NCBI GenBank assembly: GCA_963662285.2
Contig: CAXXMV010000006.1
Span: 768,001 to 832,000, forward strand
Source: a bacterium
GTDB lineage: Bacteria > Hinthialibacterota > Hinthialibacteria > Hinthialibacterales > Hinthialibacteraceae
Length of the DNA: 64,000 bases
Direction of reading: 5' to 3'
A program made the position numbers and the translations under genes. Each line of letters begins with the position of its first letter. The stretch's first letter is position 1. Below are positions 1 through 7,632 of this stretch, in pieces. The notes under the pieces are model-generated. The model was not told where the DNA came from. It worked only from the letters and a program-made list of their open reading frames with translations, and made no database searches.

Positions 1-1221
1 TATGCGCAGGACAGCGATGTGAATTATGATGAATCGAAAGTTCCCCGGTTTGAGTTGCCCGATCCACTGCTTCTATTAGATGGCACAAAGGTGTATGACG
101 CTCAGACCTGGGTCGGTAAACGTCGTCCTGAAATACTGCAATTGTTTGAAGAACATGTTTATGGCAAGACTCCAGATGACATAATCCCTATGGGGTATCG
201 AATATCCGAAAACCGCAATGCCTTGGGAGGCAAAGCCATTCTCAGGCAGATCACCATGACTCCACAGAACAATAAGGATTTGAATATTGAGTTGCTGGTT
301 TTTCTGCCTAAAAACGCGGATAAACCCGTGCCCCTGTTTATTGGGTTGAATTTCCAGGGCAATCACGCAATCCATCCTGATCCATCAATCAAAATAAGCC
401 CGGTTCGCATCGCTGATATGAAGCGTCAGGCCAAAGGCAAAAAGATTGATATCGAAGCCACTCGAGGCGCTGCGGCGTCGCGTTGGGCGGTTGATATGAT
501 TCTTGATCGTGGTTACGGCCTAGCGACCATCTATTGCGGTGATCTTGATCCCGACTATAACGACGGTTTCCATGATGGCATCCATCCGCTTTTCTATAAA
601 GATGGGAAGACGCAACCGGGGCCGGACGAGTGGGGAACCATCGGCGCTTGGGCCTGGGGACTCAGCCGCGCTTTGGATTATTTCATTACTGATGAAGATG
701 TTGATCAAAACCACGTAGCGGTTATGGGGCATTCACGCTTGGGTAAAACGTCGCTTTGGGCGGGAGCGCAGGATGAGCGTTTTGCGATGGTAATCTCCAA
801 TGATTCAGGCTGCGGAGGCGCAGCGTTGTCACGGCGCCGTTTTGGTGAAAAAGTCGCCCGTATCAATACATCATTTCCCCATTGGTTCTGCGATAATTTC
901 CAGAAGTATAATGATAATGAGGATCAACTGCCGGTTGATCAGCATATGTTAATTGCATTAATGGCGCCACGTCCGGTATATGTGGCCAGCGCTGAAGATG
1001 ATCGTTGGGCTGATCCACGCGGCGAATTTCTATCAGCAAGAAGCGCTGGTAGGGTTTACCGTTTATTTGAATTGGAAGGCGTAGGAACCAGAAGAATGCC
1101 CGAAGTGAATAAGCCGGTTGGAGACTATATAGGTTATCATATCCGCACTGGCAAACATGACGTCACCGATTTTGATTGGACGCAGTATCTTAATTTCGCC
1201 GACAAGCATTTTAAGAAATAA
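1..1221 (+). CDS. Carbohydrate esterase family 15 (glucuronoyl esterase-like), 5'-truncated by window edge
   Basis: GHSRLGK nucleophile motif, WAWGLSRALDY, and LPVDQHMLIALMAPRP. The frame is open from base 1 (YAQDSDVNYD...), so the true start is upstream of the window. Confidence 0.85.
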   Translation, partial: YAQDSDVNYDESKVPRFELPDPLLLLDGTKVYDAQTWVGKRRPEILQLFEEHVYGKTPDDIIPMGYRISENRNALGGKAILRQITMTPQNNKDLNIELLVFLPKNADKPVPLFIGLNFQGNHAIHPDPSIKISPVRIADMKRQAKGKKIDIEATRGAAASRWAVDMILDRGYGLATIYCGDLDPDYNDGFHDGIHPLFYKDGKTQPGPDEWGTIGAWAWGLSRALDYFITDEDVDQNHVAVMGHSRLGKTSLWAGAQDERFAMVISNDSGCGGAALSRRRFGEKVARINTSFPHWFCDNFQKYNDNEDQLPVDQHMLIALMAPRPVYVASAEDDRWADPRGEFLSARSAGRVYRLFELEGVGTRRMPEVNKPVGDYIGYHIRTGKHDVTDFDWTQYLNFADKHFKK

Positions 1222-1243
1222 GATTTATTTCAACCCCCATCGT

Positions 1244-1272
1244 GTAGGGTGGGTCAGCTTTACCGACCCACC
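1244..1272 (+). repeat. GTAG-type REP palindrome (family C)
   Basis: GTAGGGTGGGTC-N9-GACCCACC; related copies at 62058-62143 and ~34241-34275. Confidence 0.7.
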
Positions 1273-1294
1273 AAAAAAACACCTTATCATTAAA

Positions 1295-1328
1295 ATTGCC
1301 CTCTACCCTTCTTCGGGTAGAGGGCAAT
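1295..1328. terminator. Strong hairpin between convergent genes
   Basis: ATTGCCCTCTACCC-ttcttc-GGGTAGAGGGCAAT, perfect 14-bp stem. Confidence 0.6.
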
Positions 1329-1372
1329 GTAATTTACTTAAGTAATTTTATCTCACCTTTCTCCCAATATTG

Positions 1373-1421
1373 GGTGGTTTGATCAAGGGCTGACCGCAAT
1401 GCGGTCTTGCCCTTGCCACCC
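1373..1421 (+). repeat. Palindromic repeat family B
   Basis: TCAAGGGCTGACCGCAATGCGGTCTTGCCCTTGCCACCC; near-identical at 43745-43784 and inverted at 35842-35893. Confidence 0.85.
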
Positions 1422-1459
1422 ATCTAGGGGTGTGAGCATTACTTGGGTGAATTATGATA

Positions 1460-1496
1460 CCCCCTCACCCTAACCCTCTCCCGGCGGGAGAGGGGA
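1460..1496 (+). repeat. CCCTCTCCC...GGGAGAGGG REP-like repeat (family A)
   Basis: CCCCTCACCCTAACCCTCTCCCggcGGGAGAGGGG; inverted copy at 38779-38814. Confidence 0.8.
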
Positions 1497-1563
1497 CAAC
1501 ATGGCTTAACTTAATAACAAAGGGGGCGTTTTTCTAAAACGTCATATTTTTAATTGACATATA

Positions 1564-3033
1564 TCACGCATGGACGCTGGGGTTCCATTCCAGCCCAGGA
1601 ATATCGTAGGTGTCTTCTTTCTCTTCCCAGACGATGCGGATGTCTTTGAAGCGGCAGAAGCGTTTCAGGTCTTGGGTGTTGTCGCCATAGAAAACAACGC
1701 GATGAAGGCCGCAGGAATAGTTCTCCAGTAATTTCTGGGCGTCTTGCACCTTGGTGGTTATCTTGGTGCGGCAGCCCCGGTCTACGTCGGGAGTATCGAT
1801 AATTTCGCCAGTGGAGAAGAGCATCAGGTCAGTTCCGATCAAGCGTGCTAACGACATGGGCTGTCCGGTTCGCATTTTGACTTGCAGCGAAACGCCTCTG
1901 GCGTCTTCCAGGTGATTGCGAATAATATAGGGGCACTGTTCACCATTGGAGCCATCCATTTTTAAGGCGGAGACGCAATGGGCGTGGATGACGGTGTTAT
2001 TGGATACATCAATCACTGGATCGGTAACGAATCCCGTCTTACCGATGAGTGATTGGAAGATCAACTGGGTCATGGTTGATTTCAGATCGGCTTCGCAGAC
2101 GCCGCCAAGTCCCATGCCGTTGAGACGCGAGAAGCCCAGGCAGGGGTAAGCCAGACCTTTGTCCATTAATCCTACGCCAAGGCAATCAATGGTGATGATA
2201 TCGGCTTTTTCCTCTTCCAGAAGTTTGAGCAGCGCATAGTACATGCGTGAGGAATCGATTATCTCCTGTCTGGTTGGTTCGACGATCTTTTCAGCTTCGT
2301 TGATCCATCGTTTGGCGTCGTCCATAACCAGTTTCTGGTCTGCGGCATGGTAGGCCGCTTCGAGTTGGGGATACTCGACGTTTATGATTTCCGTCCCGAA
2401 TTTCTGCTTGATGTTTTTACAGTATTCTTTATCCGGGCCGCCTTGTCTCATATATAGCACTTTGGCTTCTTTGAGCCGGTGAATGGCTCTGAAGGGGCGT
2501 ACCGCCTTCGCTAAATCCCCATAATCGCTGCTGGGGATAACCTCGATCATCTCGCCCCGTTTCTGCAAAGAAGCGACGATATGCCATTCGTGTCCTGAAT
2601 ATGGGGTGGAGAATAGCACTATGGGGACTTTCAATTCGAGCATTTTGATGAATATCGGTCCCGTACCGAGGCTTAAATGAACGGCCAGGACGCCATCGAT
2701 ATCCTTGAACTTCTCCATAATATCCGGCAACTGATTAACCGATGATATCAGGTCGCCTCCCACGAATTCGATATCGCTGAAGGCTGGTTTGAGTTTATCG
2801 AATTCCGCTTCAAAGCGCCTCACTTCCTCATCCAGATTGAGGTTTGCTTTGGGCCATCCCGGTTGGGAGCGTCCCAGATACACCTTGGCGACGCGCGTCT
2901 TCGACATTCCTTTTCTTAGAAATGGCGCCGCTTCGATTGCGCTGGCTGATGCGGGGCGCATTAACGAACTGAGTCCGATGGCGCCTGCTGCTGTTGCTCC
3001 AAAAAAATCCCTGCGTTTAATTTCATGAGTCAT
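1564..3033 (-). CDS. Tat-signal protein with L-fucose/L-arabinose isomerase-like domain
   Basis: KRRDFFG twin-arginine signal; CEADLKST, TDP, HAHC, GCRTK and HRVVFYGD motifs typical of the fucose-isomerase-like family. Confidence 0.65.
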   Translation of the reverse strand: MTHEIKRRDFFGATAAGAIGLSSLMRPASASAIEAAPFLRKGMSKTRVAKVYLGRSQPGWPKANLNLDEEVRRFEAEFDKLKPAFSDIEFVGGDLISSVNQLPDIMEKFKDIDGVLAVHLSLGTGPIFIKMLELKVPIVLFSTPYSGHEWHIVASLQKRGEMIEVIPSSDYGDLAKAVRPFRAIHRLKEAKVLYMRQGGPDKEYCKNIKQKFGTEIINVEYPQLEAAYHAADQKLVMDDAKRWINEAEKIVEPTRQEIIDSSRMYYALLKLLEEEKADIITIDCLGVGLMDKGLAYPCLGFSRLNGMGLGGVCEADLKSTMTQLIFQSLIGKTGFVTDPVIDVSNNTVIHAHCVSALKMDGSNGEQCPYIIRNHLEDARGVSLQVKMRTGQPMSLARLIGTDLMLFSTGEIIDTPDVDRGCRTKITTKVQDAQKLLENYSCGLHRVVFYGDNTQDLKRFCRFKDIRIVWEEKEDTYDIPGLEWNPSVHA

Positions 3034-3254
3034 GTTTTATCTCCCGGATGTTTTTATGAAAAATACCGAACAATGATATGTTTGATACGACGATAGACCA
3101 GTATCTTCATCTCATAAAATTAATCTTATCATATCGTTTATAGGGTTAATAGGAATTATTTGTTTTTTATATGTTTTTATCCTTATAGGAAACTAAAGAT
3201 CGATTGATTTTTACCGAACATTGATAGTAAGCCTGAAAGCATTGGTATGGAGCA

Positions 3255-3482
3255 GTGATTATGAATTGTTATCTTCAAACAAAGGATCTGCTTAAAGAAG
3301 CGCACCGTTTGGCGGATGTCTATGTTGGCAGGGAAATAATTGATCATTCCGAAAAACAGATTCTTTCATTAAACATGGCGCGCAGTTCATTTGTAGCTCA
3401 TTCGATATATGCGGGACATGACCGCGTGATTGTTGAAAGAGTAGCCGACTACGTATTCAGTTCTTTTGTTTCCGCCAGATAG
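3255..3482 (+). CDS. Small hypothetical protein
   Basis: 75-aa ORF with GGAG just upstream; no family recognised. Confidence 0.4.
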   Translation: MIMNCYLQTKDLLKEAHRLADVYVGREIIDHSEKQILSLNMARSSFVAHSIYAGHDRVIVERVADYVFSSFVSAR

Positions 3483-3673
3483 TAGTGCTTAACAAAATAA
3501 CATTCATTTTCGCGTTTGGAAAAAGCACGAAAAGATTGGATTTGCCAAGACTAATGGCAATAATAAACGAATATAATTTTGACAACCGCTCTATCATCGT
3601 ACATAATATTTATAACTTGCTATTTTATTTACTATAATAAACTGTTTTTAATCTAGCTTATTAGGAGCGAAAC

Positions 3674-3913
3674 ATGGAATATATTGGTTTAGAAGAAACT
3701 AAAACTCATTTGTCGGATATCATTTCTAAAGTATGTGATGGGCGAGAATATACTATTACGCGTAAGGGGACGCCTGTAGCCCGGTTAATTCCAGCAGAAA
3801 AGCCTAACAAAGAAGCATCTAAACAGGCTTTAATAAGAGCAAAAAAACTACGTGAAAAACTAACGCTGGGAGATTTGAATCTCAACGATTTAATAGAGGA
3901 AGGAAGAAGATAA
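3674..3913 (+). CDS. Phd/YefM-family antitoxin
   Basis: ETKTHLSDIISKV-x-GREYTITRKGTPVARLIP signature; AGGAG RBS. Confidence 0.9.
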   Translation: MEYIGLEETKTHLSDIISKVCDGREYTITRKGTPVARLIPAEKPNKEASKQALIRAKKLREKLTLGDLNLNDLIEEGRR

Positions 3914-3916
3914 ATA

Positions 3917-4333
3917 GTGGATTTTGTTTTAGATTGTTCGACAACAATGGCATTTTTTTTCAAAGATGAAATTTCTTTCTATTCCGATTACGTCTTTGAA
4001 GCGTTAGCAGATAATGCGAAAGCGTTGGTTCCGGCAATATGGCCATTGGAAATCGCTAATGTCTGCTTGATCGCTGAACGAAGAAAACGTATACAATTAG
4101 GTGAAATCAAAGAAATCATAGATATCCTATCAACTTTCCCAATATATATAGTCGAATCCGCTCCTGTACCAAATATAATGGATGTAATTTCTTTTAGCCG
4201 AAAATATGATCTTACTTCTTATGATGCTTCTTATTTAGCTATTGCTAAACGAGAAAGGATTACCATAGCCACTTTAGATAAGAAACTCAAAGAAACCGCC
4301 AAAAAAGCGCGTGTTCGAATATTTACCCCTTAA
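3917..4333 (+). CDS. vapC: VapC PIN-domain toxin
   Basis: FVLDCS, WPLEIAN, YDASYLAIA and ATLDKKL PIN motifs; 3 bp after the antitoxin. Confidence 0.9.
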   Translation: MDFVLDCSTTMAFFFKDEISFYSDYVFEALADNAKALVPAIWPLEIANVCLIAERRKRIQLGEIKEIIDILSTFPIYIVESAPVPNIMDVISFSRKYDLTSYDASYLAIAKRERITIATLDKKLKETAKKARVRIFTP

Positions 4334-4553
4334 GGTAAGTTGAGAATTATGTACAAAGATTGTGTATTTGATGATTCATTCCTATAAAATTTACTAATTA
4401 TTCGTATTGAATCCTACTTTTTTCCAAAAATTCCCCTTTTTTCCCTTTTTGATTGAAATTTGTTAAGTATAAAAATATCAAATATTTAATCTGTAATGCG
4501 ATATAATTATGTTTTAATTCAGAAAAAAAACCGGAAAAAAAATAGAAAATATG

Positions 4554-4581
4554 TTGACATATTGGAAAGTCGATATATACT
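4554..4581 (+). promoter_or_regulatory. Sigma70-like promoter upstream of flp/tad locus
   Basis: TTGACA (4554-4559), 16-bp spacer, TATACT (4576-4581). Confidence 0.5.
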
Positions 4582-4822
4582 TTCCTGAGTAAGAATAGAG
4601 TGATCCAGTTTTAATCTAAATTTATTGTGAGCATCTGAGATTTGTTTTAATTAATTGTTATTCATTGAATGTTTTCGTCTAGAGCAATAATTGTAACATT
4701 TATATGCAGGATTGAGGGATACTGCCAAGTTCATTAGAGAATGCCTCAGTGGGTTCTTTGAAGAGATGCGGTATTTTTTTTAACTCGCATGACATTACTT
4801 GCTAAAGTAAGGGTGTACCGAA

Positions 4823-5029
4823 ATGTTACTAGGGCGGTTGCAAGCGCATTTTCCACCATCTATTAAAAGATTCCTTTTTGAGGATAACGGACCAACTGTG
4901 GTCGAGTATGGCGTCCTTTTGTCGGTAATTATTGTGGTCTGCATCACCATAATCATGACATTTGGAAATCAACTTGTAGGGATGTTCACAAATTCCAGCA
5001 CAGAGATAGCCGTAATTCCCGGATCGTGA
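4823..5029 (+). CDS. flp: Flp family type IVc pilin (copy 1)
   Basis: F-x-x-EDNG/PTVVEYGVLL prepilin motif followed by a hydrophobic helix. Confidence 0.8.
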   Translation: MLLGRLQAHFPPSIKRFLFEDNGPTVVEYGVLLSVIIVVCITIIMTFGNQLVGMFTNSSTEIAVIPGS

Positions 5030-5117
5030 TAAGCGGGAATTAAATTAACCGTGGTTGTAAATCCCTAGCGCAAGACGCAGGGAATAAAATAAAAAAGCAG
5101 TACTTAGGAGAAGAAAA

Positions 5118-5306
5118 ATGAAGAACATGATCCAGACAGTAAAACAGTTTTTAGTCGAAGAAGATGGACCCACCGCAGTTGAGTATGCAGTTCTGCTCGG
5201 ATTGATCATCATTGGCGCTATCACCATCCTGGTTACCTTTGGTGGACAGATTACCAACATCTTCACCAACGCCTCAACCGAAGTTGGTGCTGTTCCAGGC
5301 GCGTAA
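5118..5306 (+). CDS. flp: Flp family type IVc pilin (copy 2, probable major pilin)
   Basis: EEDG/PTAVEYAVLL motif; strong AGGAG RBS. Confidence 0.9.
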   Translation: MKNMIQTVKQFLVEEDGPTAVEYAVLLGLIIIGAITILVTFGGQITNIFTNASTEVGAVPGA

Positions 5307-5333
5307 TGATTTCATGTTGGAACATGGAAAAAA

Positions 5334-5497
5334 TGTTGAGGGAGAGTTGCACATACGGAAGGAGGGAACTGAGGATTTCGTGAACAAGGTAAAAGAGGTG
5401 ACTGTTTTGAATAGTAACTTATATCGGCTTAAAACAGTCTGGTTCATACAGTCTAGTTCATAAAATTCTCGGGTCGTATGGCTGCTCTCCCTCAATA
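5334..5497 (+). ncRNA. Candidate structured RNA (long rod with internal loops) between flp and tadV
   Basis: Nested complementary segments: 5336-5346/5485-5495, 5352-5357/5475-5480, 5369-5378/5463-5472, 5380-5385/5456-5461, 5400-5410/5429-5439. G-U pairs favour the + strand. Confidence 0.55.
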
Positions 5498-5546
5498 GAT
5501 TCAGGAAACATCGCATTAAAAAAACAACGAGGAGCGAAAGAAAATC

Positions 5547-6065
5547 ATGAAACCGGAAATCGTTAGCGCCATAATAATCCTGGCAATCGCCGCTTATATA
5601 GATTGGAAAGAACATAGAGTACCTAATTGGTTGACCTTCTCAGCCTGGGGACTCGGCATCCTTTTCCACGCGCTTAGTGGCGGCATCTCCGGCATTAGTT
5701 TAAGCCTACTAGGAACTGTAGCCGGTCTGGCCACTTTAATTATTCCATACGCCCTGCGCGGCATGGGAGCGGGAGACGTTAAATTAATGGCCGCCGTCGG
5801 AGCATGGGTGGGCGCTTCGATCACGCTTCATGCATTTCTTTGGATCACCGTTGCCGGCGGTGTGATGGGGCTTTATTCCATTCTGCGTTCACCGGAAGTA
5901 AGGCAGCGCTTCGCCACAATGACCATTGCGGGACGCAACCTTATATCTTTAAAGCGCTTGGATTTGGGTCAAAGCGAAAAAACTCCACGCCGCATCCTTC
6001 TACCTTATGGCGTACCCATCGCGATTGGCTTCTATGCTTACTTTATCTTTGGAGGATTGATCTGA
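5547..6065 (+). CDS. cpaA: Prepilin peptidase TadV/CpaA (A24)
   Basis: D-x4-RVPNWLT, GMGAGDVKLMAAVGAWVG and C-terminal LPYGVPIAIG. Confidence 0.92.
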   Translation: MKPEIVSAIIILAIAAYIDWKEHRVPNWLTFSAWGLGILFHALSGGISGISLSLLGTVAGLATLIIPYALRGMGAGDVKLMAAVGAWVGASITLHAFLWITVAGGVMGLYSILRSPEVRQRFATMTIAGRNLISLKRLDLGQSEKTPRRILLPYGVPIAIGFYAYFIFGGLI

Positions 6066-6490
6066 TGAACGGTTCAACAGGCATCCGTTTTAAGAGAAGT
6101 GAAAAAGCTTCAGCAGTAGTTGAGTTTGCTGTAGTTTTGCCTATCCTGCTGGCGTTTTTATTTGGAATATTAGAGTTTGGCCGGGTAATGATGGTTTGTC
6201 ATACCCTCAATAACGCTGCACGGGCCGGAGCGCGCATCGCCGTACTTCCCGGAGCTGATAATACAGCCGTGCTTAATGCCATCAATTCGGAATTGAGCGG
6301 CAGTGGATTAACCATGGATGTTATTGAATTCACCCCATCCGATGTAGCAGACGCCAATAGAGATGATCCCGTATCTGTTTCAGTTCGCATAAATTATGAC
6401 TCAATTGGTTTTGTAACGGGATTCTTTCCCATGTTAAACGGCGTGCAATTCAAAGGAACGGCTGTTATGCGTAAAGAAGGTTTTATCTGA
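6065..6490 (+). CDS. tadE: TadE/TadF-like pseudopilin
   Basis: ATG 6065 overlaps the cpaA stop (TGATG); ASAVVEFAVVLP...EFG...LNNAARAGAR motif. Confidence 0.88.
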   Translation: MNGSTGIRFKRSEKASAVVEFAVVLPILLAFLFGILEFGRVMMVCHTLNNAARAGARIAVLPGADNTAVLNAINSELSGSGLTMDVIEFTPSDVADANRDDPVSVSVRINYDSIGFVTGFFPMLNGVQFKGTAVMRKEGFI

Positions 6491-6564
6491 TCAAATGTAA
6501 CAATTTAGCCGCATGAATTAATAACATAATTATCAGGCTTTATACAAAGCGTTTATGCCAAAAT

Positions 6565-6646
6565 TCTCCCCCCAAACTTGGGGGGAGTTAGAGGGGGGTT
6601 GCTCTTGATCAACCCCCTCCTAACCTCCCCCAGGCTTGGTGGAGGA
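6565..6646. repeat. Family A REP doublet inside tad operon
   Basis: CTCCCCCCAAACTTGGGGGGAGTTAGAGGGGGGTTG...CAACCCCCTCCTAACCTCCCCCAGGCTTGGTGGAGG, two inverted units. Confidence 0.75.
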
Positions 6647-6731
6647 ATAAAACGCTCGAATTGGCAGACCTGTTAGGATCAATTGAATACACGTTTTTTG
6701 AGGGACTTATCAAGTATCTGAGGAGAATATC

Positions 6732-7583
6732 ATGACCAAGCGAGCTGGCTTTTTAGTTTTACTGTTTGCCCTTTTTTCCGGTTTGATTGCCAGTGCGGCA
6801 GTGATGAAATACGTCCGTAATATTAATGAGCAAAAGCTGATAGTTCCTCAAACTGCTCCGGTGGTAGTGTCAAAAGTGAGTATTCCTGCGGGCGGAGTAA
6901 TTCTTGATTCACAAATCGAAGTCGTTCAACGACCTATAACTGATATTCCATCCAGTTCTATAAAAACCATAAAGTCAGCCGAAGGGCGCATCGTACGAAC
7001 CACCATATTTCCCGGTGAGGTGATCATGGATGAACGTCTGGTAAAACCCGGTTCGTTAGGGGGGCTTCCTTCATTAATACCAACGGGAATGCGGGCTATA
7101 ACTCTGAAAGTGGATGAGACAACCAGCGTTTCGGGATTCGTCCGTCCGGGACATTTCGTTGATATTCTAACTACCATTGACGTCGCTGGTGGTGAAAAGA
7201 CTATTACAAAAACAATACTGCAAAATATCCGGGTTATTGCGACCGGGCATGAGATCGAAAATGGTCATGAAGATAAAAAGGTAAAAGTAATTCCCACTAT
7301 TACCGTTCTGGCCACTCTTGAGCAGTCTGAACGGATTGCTTTGGCAACCAATGCCGGTTCGATCCGTCTGGTGCTGCGCAATCATGAAGACGTTGAAGAG
7401 GTTATAACTGAAGGCGTATCTCTAAGCAGCCTGATTCCTCAAGCCAATCATGATATTGAATTATCTCCGCCGGTTTTGGTGGAGGCATTTGATGAGCCGG
7501 TTCCCCAATCAATACCCAATAATGTGCGAGTGGTGGAAGTATATCGTGGAACGCAAAAAACCGAGGTTACCTTCTCTAATTAA
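6732..7583 (+). CDS. cpaB: Flp pilus assembly protein CpaB/RcpC (SAF domain)
   Basis: N-terminal TM, SAF-like region, GMRAITLKVD...SGFVRPGHFVDIL...TILQNIRVIA...LVLRN. Confidence 0.93.
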   Translation: MTKRAGFLVLLFALFSGLIASAAVMKYVRNINEQKLIVPQTAPVVVSKVSIPAGGVILDSQIEVVQRPITDIPSSSIKTIKSAEGRIVRTTIFPGEVIMDERLVKPGSLGGLPSLIPTGMRAITLKVDETTSVSGFVRPGHFVDILTTIDVAGGEKTITKTILQNIRVIATGHEIENGHEDKKVKVIPTITVLATLEQSERIALATNAGSIRLVLRNHEDVEEVITEGVSLSSLIPQANHDIELSPPVLVEAFDEPVPQSIPNNVRVVEVYRGTQKTEVTFSN

Positions 7584-7632
7584 TCAATGGCAGTGAGACG
7601 CTGTTGGTGTGGAGAAGCGAAGGAGAATTCCC

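Noticed and set aside
4690-4800. c-di-GMP riboswitch upstream of flp
   Set aside because: GEMM-type consensus (GGCAAA...GAAA...GACGCAAA) not found.
5212-5615. ORFs 5212-5463 (+) and 5274-5615 (-)
   Set aside because: Overlap flp/cpaA, have no RBS or family features, and span the predicted RNA rod.
5804-6064. Long N-terminal extension of TadE from the ORF track
   Set aside because: Lies inside cpaA; the true start is most likely ATG 6065 coupled to the cpaA stop. Starts were similarly trimmed for cpaC, tadG, cpaE, tadB, pdaD and the GNAT toxin.
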